Assembly (NCBI GenBank): GCA_951804945.1 | Contig: OX638156.1 | Coordinates: 39,556,001 to 39,620,000, forward strand | Length of the DNA stretch: 64,000 bases | Direction: 5' to 3' | Source: Podarcis cretensis | Taxonomy: Eukaryota | Made by a program: the position numbers and the translations under genes | The notes under the pieces: generated by a model | The model's database searches: none | The model's input: the letters and a program-made list of their open reading frames with translations, nothing else | What the model was told of the DNA's origin: nothing | Shown: positions 12,617 through 25,128 of the stretch, piece after piece | Numbering within the stretch: the first letter of the stretch is position 1 | Layout of the letters: each line of letters begins with the position of its first letter

Positions 12617-13030
12617 GTAGGGATGGAAGGATCTATCCATTTCAGTTCTCTCAGTTTCTCCCCCCTTTTTTTTCAATCTTAAGTCCTCCACATTTCTGCC
12701 GAGATTTGCATTTTCTTGGTTTTTTTAATCCTTGTGAAAATTGTTCAGCGTTTAGTGCAAATCTCTCCCAATAAACACGTTTGTAATTTATCCTAATATG
12801 CTTTTTTTGTATGCTTTTTTCATTAATACACCGCTTTTTATGCACACCTTCCCCTAATCTATGCATTTCTGCGAACGTTGGATGGTTGGAGAACTGCTTG
12901 CAAAATTTAGATAAGTGTGAATTTTGATAGATGGCTATGTTTTGGTTCCCATATTATTTCAGAAAGTGCAAAGGTGATAGACAGACATGTCTATAAATGT
13001 GAACTGAATAGAATTTCTCCCTGCATTCAC
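12617..13030. mobile_element. Non-autonomous DNA element with TAGGGATG terminus (hAT/Ac-like); dispersed family
   Basis: Related degenerate copies at ~1970-2283, 32660-33085, 36827-37040, 41945-42318, 46720-47185, 48870-49090, 57690-57870. Confidence 0.55.
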
Positions 13031-13074
13031 CCCTGGCTTTAAGGTGTTCAGGCAGGGTGAGGAATAAGCACACC

Positions 13075-13280
13075 ATGACGTAGTGGTTAAGAATGTTGGA
13101 CTAGGACCTGGGAAAGAACAGGGTTCAAATATCCACTTGACCATGAAGATCACTGGGTGACCTTCGGCTGATCACTGCCTCTCAGCCTAACCTACCTTAC
13201 TGGATTGTTGTGGAGATTAAATGAGGAGGGGGGAGAATCATGTGAGTTCCTTGCAGAAAAAGGTGGGATATGAATGCAGT
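13075..13280 (+). mobile_element. MIR/CORE-type SINE
   Basis: GTAGTGGTTAAGA A-box, GGTTCAAAT B-box, CORE-like CTGGGTGACCTT…CTCTCAGCCT…CCTACCT…GGATTGTTGTG..GATTAAATGAG; other pieces at ~18970-19080 and 57470-57590 (-). Confidence 0.75.
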
Positions 13281-15151
13281 CAATCCAATTTTCTGCCCCA
13301 AATTCCCTCTGAATGTTCCCTTTGATATTTCTCAAAAGCTGGAAAAGGGGTGTGGAAGCAAACTCCTCCTTAGCGTCTCACCCAGAAAAGTAGAACTTTC
13401 AGAGCAAACTTTCCAAAATATATCACAGTGAATTTGCTTAGCATGGAAGATGAAGAAATGTTTGGGGTAGCACTCTGCTTCCCCCCCCCCCCATGCTAGA
13501 TAACAATCCAATGTACCCCTGGGCAGGTTACCTTCTCTCTCAACAAAGGTGTGATAAACTGCCCCTTTTGCCTTTATTATTAGAAAATACCCCATTGTAA
13601 TATGAAAAGGACTGTATTCCATATTAATGCCTAATGCGCAGTTCCAAGCAAAGCAAAACAAATTATGTGAAGAAAGAAGCCCAAGCTGTACTGTAGGCTG
13701 GCGGTGGGATCAATTACCATAACCCCCCGTGAATACAGAGTATTTTCTGCCTTCCCAGAAGCAATAGATCTTTGCACTAAAGATTCTCACCTCAACCCTA
13801 CTGTTATACATCATCTGCAAAACATGCCGCTAATGTAAGCATCTTAAAAAACACTTACATGTACACAAGTAAATACTGGAAGGAAAAACAGGGAATAAAC
13901 CAAAAAAAACAACAGCTGATGTCTATGACAGATCAAGAAAAGTCTAACTTTTCAAATATGAAGAATGAACTTTGGCAAAGGGACGGGCTAAATCTTCACC
14001 CTGTCCTCGGAATTTGTAGTCAGTGCATCCGATTCAATCTGCCTAAAGTGCCAGCGTTGCAGAGCAAAGACCGAGGCATCAGCCCATCTCATTAACACCA
14101 AGCCTGGGTTTCTTGCACTTAAAATCCTGCAAAAGACTTCAAAGGCTGTTCACCTCTTTTAGCAGGTCTGAGCGGCTGATGTGCCACAAGTAGGTTTAAC
14201 AAAGGGACAATGGAGAGGAGGGTAAACGCATGCTGGGTTGGGGGGCGGTTTAGGCATGCATAAAGGTGGTTTATATGTACACCTAAAAAGGTAAACTCTG
14301 AATACAACATCCCACATGTATCGTATTTCAGGCAGGAGGCAGGGAGCGACCATCTTCAGGTCAAGCTGATCCACCTAGACTACCCAAGTCATCCCTGTTC
14401 TGAAACCAGGGTGAACACCAGATTTGGGAGTAGGGGAAATGTAAGCTAGTTCTGCTGCTGTTTCACATGGCTTCTCTTACTAATTTCAGCATGAAGAATG
14501 TTTATATTATGCTAAATATATATATAAAAGCAACCCAAGAAGCCTCAGGGAATAAAATAGCAAAAACACAATATGGGTAATACATCTGTAGAAAAGATGG
14601 CCAAACTGCAGCCCATAAATCACACCTGGCTACTAGGAATGTTTTAAGGAATTAAAGAGTAGTAGCCCGAGTCCCTGGTATACACAGAGGCTACAGCGGA
14701 AATTTGTTTAATTACTTTTATTTATACAGGTATTTGCTGCTTCTAAGGTGTGGCTCCCAGACCCTAACCAGACCGAGATCTACTTAGCTTTAGAGAGATA
14801 GTAGCCCCATGCAACTTCAGACCATGTCCTGCGGCAAATTTTGGATACCAGTAATTACTAAATGCGGTCGTCTTAAAAACTGTTTTAAAATTTGCTCCTC
14901 TTTCCCTCCAAACACTTCTCTCAGGAACACTGACAGAAAATACAGATGTCCCACGAGGTAAATTCCAGCAAGATTCCCATGCCCTGGCCATATAGTTTAG
15001 TACACCTTATTAGGGGGGAAACGGCTCATTGTGTTTCAAGGTTCCCCACTCACAACTATCCTACTTGCAGCTATCCTGGGGGCAGTGGGGGGAGGAAGAA
15101 AAGAAAATTAGGTAGTTTTGTGGTATCAGGCCCTATGCAAGATTTTGGAGG

Positions 15152-15502
15152 GGGACGTGGGTGGCGCTGTGGGTGAAACTACCGAGCCTAGGACTTGCCG
15201 ATCAGAAGGTTGGCAGTTTGAATCCCCGCGACGGGGTGAGCTCCTGTTGCTCGGTCCCTGTTCCTGCCAACATAGCAGTTCAAAGGCATGTCAAAGTGCA
15301 AGTAGATAAATAGGTACCGCTCCAGCGGGAAGGTAAACGGCGTTTCCGTGCGCTGCTCTGGTTTGCCAGAAGCAGCTTAGTCATGCTGGCCACATGACCC
15401 GGAAGCTGTACGCCGGCTCCCTTGGCCAATAAAGCGAGATGAGCGCCGCAACCCCAGAGTCGGCCACGACTGGACCTAATGGTCAGGGGTCCCTTTACCT
15501 TT
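15152..15502 (+). mobile_element. Full-length Sauria SINE
   Basis: GGGACGTGGGTGGCGCTGTGGG head through GGTCAGGGGTCCCTTTACCTTT tail; ~13-14-bp TSD AAGATTTTGGAGG(G) at 15139 and 15503. Confidence 0.95.
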
Positions 15503-15539
15503 AAGATTTTGGAGGGCAGTAAAAGAAAAGCAGCTGCTG

Positions 15540-15960
15540 TTCTGCTTTGAGCACTGGCTTCAGCACCATGGAAGTGTGACGTAGCTTTCATGGACAGCTA
15601 CAATGGTTCATAAGAACAGAGCTTGGATGTTGCTTCAGAAGCAACCACCCTCAAACTGAGCCTTAAATAGGAGCTGGCTCCTCCTTCTGTGGGAGGAGCC
15701 TCTTTAAAGGGGCCCCACCTTCTTTAGCAGCCATTGGCTCCAATAGGGTGGAGGAGGCTGTGGGTTCCATTAGAGCTTCTGAACTGGAGATCAATTCAAC
15801 CTCTGCAGACTGGAGAGGCAGGCACACAACGGACTCCTCTTGTGCCAGAGCCCAAGGTTCAGTACGTGTAGCCGGGGCCAGTAATTTCTTCTCTCCCCAC
15901 ACCTTGGAATCTCTGGCTCCATCATCTGGAGAAGGGGAGCCTGGCCACAGGGTCATGACA
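15540..15960 (-). mobile_element. Possible LTR remnant
   Basis: Minus strand starts TGTCATGA at 15960, is GC/purine-rich and has TATTTAAGG near 15665; no 3' CA end or TSD found. Confidence 0.3.
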
Positions 15961-18147
15961 TCTGCTTCTGTTTTGTCAACTCTCAGCCACATGGGAATTG
16001 TGGCGTGTGGCTCTGCAGGTTCCTGGGGGCTGGCCACTCTGAGCTCTCAGGCAGTGCAAAGGTCTGCTCATGCCCTTCCCTTTGCCAACTCATATTAGAT
16101 TTTTAGCTCAAATATCTTTGGCTCTTTTCCAGATTAAATGCCAGTTAGACAGACCTGCCCGCTTACCCTTTCGAGGAAGATAGCAACAGTGGTGAGCTGT
16201 AATCATTTACAAAGGTCATGATCGGAAGCTAGCCCGTAAGCAGTCATTTAAAATTCGATTGATCCCTATTTGTAGGCAGGGAAGGAAAATGGACATTTCA
16301 GCTGTATTGTAATTATGAGGCTTCCAGGCAGCTGTAAATAGATGTGTGAATCCCTGGCACTGTCCAACACCTGCGAGAAGAAATTATTGCCATCCTCTAA
16401 CATAGAGATGAGAAAAGGTTGGAGATAAAAACGGCATATAAAAAAGATGAATCATCTTTTCTGCTAATTTGCCACAGTCACCAGCCTCAGAAGGTTATCA
16501 CAATTATCCCAAGTCAGCTGAACAGCTAAGCCAGGGCCAAGTGCCTTGGAACCATCTCAGAAGAGTAGGGAAGACAGTGTGCATAGAGGAAGAGTTTTAA
16601 TTTCCTGGGAGGTGAGGGTCAGAAACACAGTATGAAAAGTGAAAACATTGACAGTGGAAGTGGTTCTGGCACGATTCACCCAACTTGGGCCATGCCCAGC
16701 TCTTACAAAACACAGCATGGGTGGGCAAGAGGAGTGGGGGGAGACATCCTCAGCCTCTACTTCTTTTCTTTACATAGACCACTGATGGTCAGCGGGGTGA
16801 CTTCCAGTTTTACAGCCCCACCTGGAGGAAAAAAATGACTGGTGGAAAGGAGCAGGAGAAGATTGGGGTTGCCCCTCCAATTGCTAGATAACACACATGA
16901 GATGACAGCACAGCTGGCTATTCCATGAAGCGGTCTGAAGCAAGTTACCTCAGCATGGCACCCTGAGAAGAGGAATTGGAGAAGCCACCACCCAAAGCAG
17001 TGAGTTGGGGAGCTGCACACCCTGCCGCCTCACAGCTAACAGCACCACTCCCCATAGCATCGTGCCTCCCCATTTCACAAGAGCAACCAGCACCCAGCAC
17101 CTGCCACTGTGGGGCACTCACCACCACTGGGTATTTGCCGTCTTGTGCTTCTCTACTTTGGCGGCTGCAGCAGTGCACTCATGGAGGGCGGTGGCAGTAC
17201 GCTCCTTTACTTACCTCTGGGCCCCCATCTTCCTCCTGCTCATCCTCTTCAGGGCAGCCCAGGGTTGAGTAGAGGAGTGTACCGATGATATCCATGACCA
17301 CACTGCCACCAGGATCAAGGAGCGAGAGGCAGCAAGTGGCAGTGTGTGCCCGGAGGTGGCAGGTGGCAGAGGACAGGAGGTGTGGGGCAGTGTTGGAGGG
17401 GTTGCCTCTAGCTGCAACATGGCTTCAACCCAGCCCCAGAAGGGCCATTGGCCTGATCCAGCAGGCTCTTACATTCTTAAGTTTGCTTGTGCACCTGGGC
17501 CAGCCTGGATATACTCTAGTTTATCCCCATTCCTCCCCTCCCTTTAACTCCTATTCCACATCCCCTTGAACTGTGGCCTTGTTGACATTGTTCTTTGCCT
17601 CTGTGAGGACTGCTCCTTGCAGCGCTTCTTGCACAGATGCAACATAAGTTTGTAAAGCAAGCACCAGCTAAATTCACTTTTGAATATGTTTTCACAGCCA
17701 GAATTAATAGGTTGACCTGTGAATGGAATACACCTATTAGGAGTCATTTACTGAACCAAAAGAGGTAACTAATTGAAAGAACCCCCTTAAATAAATGTAG
17801 TACCTGTTAACAACACACAACAGATAGAATAAATTATCTGAGTAATGATGTTCTGTAATTAGCAGGTTTTAACTATTAAAACAAGAGCTACTATATCAGC
17901 CAGAGCGATAGACTGACTTGACTATCAGCTTGGCTACAGGAATGTGATCCTGCCCCTCCCCTGAGCTCCTGTTTCAGAGTCAGCGAAAAAGTGAAGCAAA
18001 CTCTCACTAGGTTCCTAGTCTTTGAACAACTGCACATTAAATATGAAAACGTGAATCACCGCTCCCAATAAAATCAGGAAATAGATTGTGCATTTCTGTA
18101 CCCTCATCCCAAAGCACCCCTCCATCCCTACCACACCACAGTTTGCA

Positions 18148-18330
18148 CAGGGCTGGCCCAAGACGTTTTGGCACCTGAGGAAGACCCCCAAAATGGGGCT
18201 CCCTCCTCCCCACCAGGGAAAAAGGAGTCAGGGAAGATCTACATCAGGAATGGGGGGGGGGAGAGAAAGATTGACATTGGGATCTGCTGTGCCAGTCACC
18301 TCACCTTGCCTCATAGATAGGCCAGCTCTG
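18148..18330. mobile_element. hAT (Tip100-like) MITE
   Basis: TIRs CAGGGCTGGCC/GGCCAGCTCTG; 8-bp TSD AGTTTGC(A/T). Confidence 0.75.
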
Positions 18331-20512
18331 AGTTTGCTCTCTGACCAGTTTTCTAGCCATACAGAAATAATGTTTCCCCCTTTTCTTCCTAATGTAACAC
18401 TAACGTCTCAACAAATGAAACTGATAGTGTATGTAGAAAATGTAATTTGAAAGAAGAGACATTTCACATACTTTTGTAAACCAAGAAATCTTTAATAAAA
18501 AAGATCTTGTTTGTTTGTTTTTAACTTATCTAAGCACTGCCTTCCACTCAGCATCACTTTCACAGCTCTGCCCATCACTTAAAAAAAATGGGTACCGAAT
18601 TTCTTTATTTTAAATGGTGATAGCCTACCTTTCAATCAAATTTATGCAGGCACCTTACAGATGACACTGAAAATAGACTTCCCCAGCCAGCAGCGAGGCC
18701 TTTCCAGAGAAGAGGGCTGGGGCTGATGGGAGTTGTAGTCAAAAACATCAGGATCACACCTGTTCAGGGGAAGCTGTTTTTAAGTGCATGCTGTAAGGTG
18801 CCTGGATAATATTTTATTGAAAGGTGGTATATAGACTTTTAGAATTTATAAATAAACAAACCGTTCTCATGCAAATCGGCCCCATGGCAGTAGTAATTTT
18901 AATACAAATTTATTATTGCAACATTGTGCTTTTATTTTATTTTATTTTTTAAAAAGTTTAAAAGCTGGACTGAGTGATTTAGGGCCAGTTCACCATCTCC
19001 CAGCCCAGCCTACCTCACAGGATTGTTGTGAGGATTAATTAGGGCAAGGGAGAACCGTCTCCTTGAGCTCCCTGGAAGAAAACAGTGATTGGTTAAGGGC
19101 AGCTGGCTTCTTCCTTTTCATGCTTGGGATTCATCTTTAATCCCAAACCACAACATGGAATCCACTTCAAAAAACAATCATTCCCAGATATTCTGACATG
19201 ACAGCACATCTCCAATTGCCTCTTCCTCTCTTATGCAGAGAGCAGAGCCAGCCTCTTTTTAAAGGGCTGTGCTGAAGAGGGAATTTTGGCATATATAATT
19301 TTTTAAAAATATGGATTAATATATTCGTTGTGAAATAAGAAACACACTTCATTTTTACATACACGTGTATTGTGGAATGATATTATTATTGTATTATTGC
19401 AGTTTTGATTGATGTGAACCACTTTGGTATTCCCTGAATGAAATATGTAATAGTAATAATAATGATGATGATGATGATGATAAGAATAATACAGTAATAG
19501 ATATTTCCTCCTCTACAAAAGAGGGAAATGCCCCTTTTAAAATGGTGTCACTGCCATCTGCAGTTTTTATATGTAGTTGTATTTTAAAAATAAAATAATG
19601 AATGGGTCAGTTTTTTAAAGATACAGCCTGCACCTGTACGACAATTGTTTTAAGTAAGTTTTTTATTATTTGTTTACTTGTTATTTGCTGACGGGCTTCC
19701 TTTAGGAGGAAGAGTGGGATATGAATTTGATAACTAAATAATAAATAACACATTTAAAAAATTGATTAATCCCCCCCAAGTTGCTTTAAAAATTGCAACC
19801 CCAGTAAAACACAAGCAACGATGCTTTAGCCTTGACTTCCCCCATTTAATATGCACAGACTTTATGTAGCATACAGATGGCAGAATTCAGCAGAAGGAAG
19901 TCATACTGGAATCAATCAGATTGTGCAGATCTTTTTTTTACTCCCAAGTCCTGTTGAATCCGTTGTACAATTCAGGATTTTTCTGTGAACTTGAGTTCAA
20001 TTGATTTCAATTAAAACTTTGCATCATGACTAATGCATGGCAGACTGTAAGAGAATAATCATGTTTCCCAGTCCCTAGTAGGTTAAATCTTGGGCTATAC
20101 CAGGTGAGACTCTGTCCCCGGGCAAAACTTGCATGCTCTGTGACATTGTGCATCTGAAGGCTCCATAAGAAACACAAATAAAATCTTCCTCCAACCCCAA
20201 CAATCAGAAGCATGACAGCTGCTGAAATCTCTATGGCATGCGGATGGTTTTCCTCTTCAGTGATTGGGAAAGCAAATCCCCAGAGAGAAAAGAACGAAAG
20301 TGCATTGAGATCTACGAAGGTTTAATATGGGAAATGACAGAGGTTCTCAATTTAGCAGTAATTCTAGAACATATCTCTTCCCTCTCGCACATACACAATC
20401 TAATTACAATATATCACTTTTTGTTTTGTTTTATTTTTATCTCATAGAATTGCACTTCTGCATACATTCAACGTAGCTATGGCACAAGCTGCTTTGACAA
20501 GAACAGTCTCTA

Positions 20513-20516
<4 letters not shown>

Positions 20517-20561
<45 letters not shown>
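20517..20561. repeat. (TC)n microsatellite
   Basis: Direct reading. Confidence 0.95.
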
Positions 20562-20565
<4 letters not shown>

Positions 20566-23234
20566 TTTTCTTTCATGATCTAGAGCAGTGGTTCCCAATT
20601 GGTGGATCACTAAAGGCATGTTTGAGTTAAAAGTGGGTCATGGGTCTGAAAAGGTTTAAGATGCCTAAATGTAAGATAGACATTCACTATCACTTCTGTA
20701 TCCAAACTCTTGACTGGAAACAAAAACATGCTTAGAACATCTGTCTCTGCCCCCCCCCCCCCCATTTTAAGAAGGTCTACCATTTCCCCCCCTTTTCTTT
20801 TTTTGGGGTGGTGGGGTGTGTGGCTGAGGAAATAGGAAGGGGTGAAGGAATTTCTATCATTTCGTAATCTTAAATTGGTTTTCTTAGCCACGGTTCTCGT
20901 TTTATTTGGGTGTGAATGGACCTTTTCTCGTACGCTTTTGTCATTAGTCACCCCCCCAAAAAATCTCTTTGAGACGGGGAAGCTATGATGCTGAGGAATC
21001 TTTTCTCTCTTTCTCTTTTACTTTTAAGTTTGTGTCTCCAAGCAATTACAGAGACAATCCCATTGTGCTTCTTCTCAGTCGCTTCCTCTCGCTCCTCATT
21101 ATCATGCAAAACAAATGATTGCATCATGTAAAGACATGCACACAGAATCTGCCCATCCACACGCCAGCGGTCTGTTTCCCAGAGCGGCTGCTCACACTTC
21201 TGCACAATAAGGCATCCTAATCATAAATGGTTTGACAGCTTGGCAAAGAACATGCTCGGTGTATAATTATTAGAGGCCACTGGGTCCAAATCTCAGTTTG
21301 CTGAGATCAAAAATCGAATGCTTTTCTCCCCTTACAACTGATGGACTAAGACAGCCTATGCTAACTGCATGCCCTCCAGATGCTTTAGCGTGCTGGCTGG
21401 GGATGATGGGAGCTGTAGTCCTAAACATCTGGAGGGTGCCAGGTTAGCAAAGAATGTGGCCGTAGTCCCAGTTCCCACTCACAGCAGCCCTCCTGCAAAG
21501 TCTTGGCCTCTGCAAAGATTCCTGTGTGGGAAGGACTTCCCATTCTGCCCCACAAGCCAGCCCTGGGCCTCTGTGGCTCCTTCTGGGATGCTGCAGGCTG
21601 CTTTTCCCACCACCTCCTCTGAGTCCTGGGAGTGCCTCGCGGGAGCACTCCTGTAAATAAAGACGATAATGTCAGAGGCAGCCCTCAGCCAAGGCAAGAG
21701 CCGCCCTCTCACCCAAACACGGCTATAACAATGGCGCCTTGCGAAGGTTGTTTCTATGACAAATAGGAAGTTTTCAAACTTTAAAAAATGATGACGGCAG
21801 TTCTGGAAATATCAGGCCCATGGAGGTCGTTCCTCCACCCGCACCTCCGGCACCGCAGCCAAAGACACAGCCCCAGACACACACACACCTCTAGCTTTCA
21901 AAACATGATGATTGCTTGGCGCGCTTGTGCTTTCCCCATTTTTAAAACCACCTTCAGGCAGAGACTGGGCTGGGAACATTTCAGCCCCCAGGGGGTTGTT
22001 TCACAAAGTAATGAGCATCTGAATATTGTTTGGAAGCCTCCACTAGGGCAGACTCGCTTCCCAGCAAAAGCGTCTGCTCCCAAAGAGCTCTGCTCTGCCT
22101 CCTCCTCTTTTCTGTACTTAAAATGTGAGATCAACAAGGCTTTGCCTGGTGCAGACCTTCTGTTCTCTTGCTTGGAAGGGCACAGCTGTATGACACCATC
22201 ACAAGGAGGTCAAAGGCTTTATTAGGCTATTTGGGAGGCTCTCCCTTCAAAACCTGGGACTTGGGGAACGAAGCAGTTTAGCAGATTAGGTTCTGAGAAT
22301 CCCCAGACTGGCTGTGTTCGGCAACTTTAACAAGTTTGTCTCACCTATGTTTTATTGATGGCTGCTTTCCTAAAGCCACACCCAAGGTCTCAATTTTGTC
22401 ATCGTTTACCTTTGACAAATTTTGAAAGAGAAAGATTAATAGCTGGGCTGCAAAGTTTCAATGACTGAGTTAGGTAAATTTATCAAGTGAGGTTCTGTCT
22501 GATTTCCAGCAGTGTTAGCATGTTTGAATCACTGTCAATCCTGCTTTTAATTGGTAGTGATGTGAGTTCAGAGCTGTTGTTGGTTGTTGTTCTTGTTGTT
22601 GTGGCAGCAGCAGCATTTTACAGCTGTGTTGCATGACCTAAGTCAACAAAGCCAAAGGACTATTCTGCCAGGCCTATGCAGACAATTAAGAGCACATCTC
22701 CCACAATGGTTTATTGATGCTTGTTTTTTACTTTTTTGCATTTAAATTGTTTTTAATTTTTTTAATGCTTTGATTGTATGGTTTTTTATCTTTTTAATGC
22801 TGTAAACTACTTTGCTTTGTGTGATTTAGTAGTGTAGAAATAATTTTATAAATAAATAAATAAACTACAACTCCCAACTCTGGAGATATCTTTAACCTAA
22901 AAGGGAATGGGAAAGCACAGATCTCCAGGAGCACAATCAGCTGAGGACCTAGTGGATCCATGGGTAGTACAGTTCTGCCCCACCCCCATAATGCTCTGGC
23001 GGGGGGGGCTCTGTGATGGGACCATCACCATCAATAGCTTATTTACCAACTGCAGGAGAAATGGTGGGCTCCACAGATGCAGAATCACCACCACAATCAC
23101 CAACAATCTCACAGCAGAGCAACCCCTCTGGCCTAATCCTAACCCCTTCCAAGAGAAGTGATTGGTGGTTAGGATCGAAGTCTAACAACAGCAGCTAAAA
23201 TCAGCCTATCCACAGAATAAAACAGACCCAGGAT

Positions 23235-23490
23235 CATTCAAAAGCTGGCCAGAATAAAAACACAATTAGGGTTCTCCTGAAAACCAACAGAGCAGGAGCC
23301 AGACATATCTCCAAGGGGGGAGATTTCAAAAGTGATGGGGCCAGTGCAGAAAGGGCCCTGTCCCTGATACTTACCCACTTAACAACTCTTCCTGCAGGAC
23401 CAGAAAGCAGGGCTTCAGAATCTGATGACAAGGCTTGGGGAGATAGATATGAGTGCATGTTGTCCTTCAGATGAACTGCTCCTCAACCAT
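23235..23490 (-). mobile_element. L2 LINE ORF2 3' fragment
   Basis: Minus-strand translation DRALSALAPSLLKSPPLEI…LLVFRRTL…LF…AF resembles the L2 C-terminus (RAFSV.AP.LWNSLP…FK..LKT.LF..AF); similar pieces at ~150-260, 2940-3130, 3430-3530, 56600-56880, 58140-58300. Confidence 0.65.
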
Positions 23491-24576
23491 TTTCTTCGAA
23501 GCACGGCAAGGCAGTAGTTGCATTGCAAATTTCAGAGAGCTCACTATCTATCTCTAAATAATTCCCAAATTGCTTGATAATCCCAAATAACCTTTTAAAT
23601 TGCTTGTCTGAGCCAGACGCTCAACAGCAAAGCAACTACTTTGCATGCAGAAGATCTTGGGTTTCTGCCCAAATCTTTAATGCTTAGATCAAACCTGAGC
23701 AGTTTGTTCATGCTGGCACTGCCATCTCTGTGACCTCAGAGATGGAGGGGGGAGTCAGTGCCCACTTGGCTTCCAAGTTGACATCAAACACCTTTTCCGA
23801 AAGAGAGGGCTCACGTATTTCATATCTGAAGTGCTTCCCACACTTTTGAGTAGGTAGCACAGTTCACCCAGTTAAAGAAATATTTGTTCATCAGCTCTTT
23901 AAGGTAGTTTTAGTGGATTAATCAATGAATTAATCTACGGAATGTGCATATGCATCTGAGCAAATTTCTTTGTTTTAAAATGGTGTAGGCGGGTCCCACA
24001 TGCTCCAACAACTTGGCTTCTGAAATATTAGCTATGTTGACATAAAAACGGCAGAAAAGGCAGGGAGCCCCAGGCAAATGAAGTGTATAACAAGAGGCAA
24101 AGCGTCTGTATTTGAAACTCCCTGATGAAGGACCTGAGATGTCCCAAATGCGTGGGATATTACACTTTCTCTTCTACCCCTTTGCTTCCTGCTGGGACTT
24201 TCTTTTTTATTTCTGCTCTCTGGCTCCCAAGGGACCTCTGTGTCTTGCTTGGGGCTGGAGACAGGTCCAGGCAATGGCTGAGTTTTACATTTTCACAACT
24301 AAGAGATCAGCCATAATTTGCTTCTTTGTCCCAGTGATTGTAGGCACAACCTGAAATCTCTACTGAGCCTTGGAGAGCCTGGTGCAATTAAGGCAGCAAT
24401 CCTATAGGCCAGGGGGAGGACATCTTTTTCGGTGGCATTCCCTTCTGGGCGACCTTGGGGGGGGGCACGTGCCAGTTGTGGGCGAGGCCAGAAGCAAAAG
24501 TGGGCAGGACAACAAATGTCAATATTACATTTGCACAGTCACTCACCACTGGATTGATCGTCCATCCAGAAAAGTA

Positions 24577-24803
24577 CAGTGATACCTCGGGTTACATACG
24601 CTTCAGGTTACATACGCTTCAGGTTACAGACTCCGCTAACCCAGAAATAGTACCTCAGGTTAAGAACTTTGCTTCAGAATGAGAACAGAAATCGGCGATA
24701 GCAGGAGGCCCCATTAGCTAAAGTGGTGCTTCAGGTTAAGAACAGTTTCAGGTTAAGAACGGACCTCTGGAACAAATTAAGTACTTAACCCGAGGTACCA
24801 CTG
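24577..24803. mobile_element. Tc1/mariner (pogo/Tigger-like) MITE, second copy
   Basis: TA|CAGTGATACCTCGGGTTA…TAACCCGAGGTACCACTG|TA; reverse complement of 1375-1600. Confidence 0.9.
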
Positions 24804-24975
24804 TAAAAGCCATGATCAGAATTCAAGGAGAGGCAAAAGCACTCAAGGAGAATGAAAGGTGTCACCTAGATGTTGAGACACAACACAAATACCTGGGAGT
24901 AGGCCCCATTGAGTTCACTGGGCCTTACATCCGAGTAGATATACATAGGCCTGTGCTGTTAAGAGTGTGAACTTG

Positions 24976-25128
24976 GCCTGGATAGCTCAGTTTGTTAGAG
25001 CATGGTGCTGAAAACACCAAGGTTGCAGGTTTGATCCCCATATGGGACAGCTGCATATTCATCTCTCCATTGCAGGGAGCTAGAAGATTCTCAAGGTGCC
25101 TTCCAACTCTATGATTCTGTGATTCTGT
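24976..25128 (+). mobile_element. tRNA-Ile-derived SINE with CR1-like tail
   Basis: Head GCCTGGATAGCTCAGTTTGTTAGAGCATGGTGCTGAAAACACCAAGGTTGCAGGTTTGATCCCC resembles vertebrate tRNA-Ile; ends CCTTCCAACTCTATGATTCTGTGATTCTGTG, a CR1-type tail. Confidence 0.8.

Noticed and set aside
15663-16037. 124-aa ORF
   Set aside because: Low-complexity S/P/E/A-rich translation of probable LTR-like sequence with no domain.
24976-25050. Functional tRNA-Ile gene
   Set aside because: Anticodon loop and stems are mutated (CpG decay), and it runs into a CR1-type tail, so it is a SINE head.
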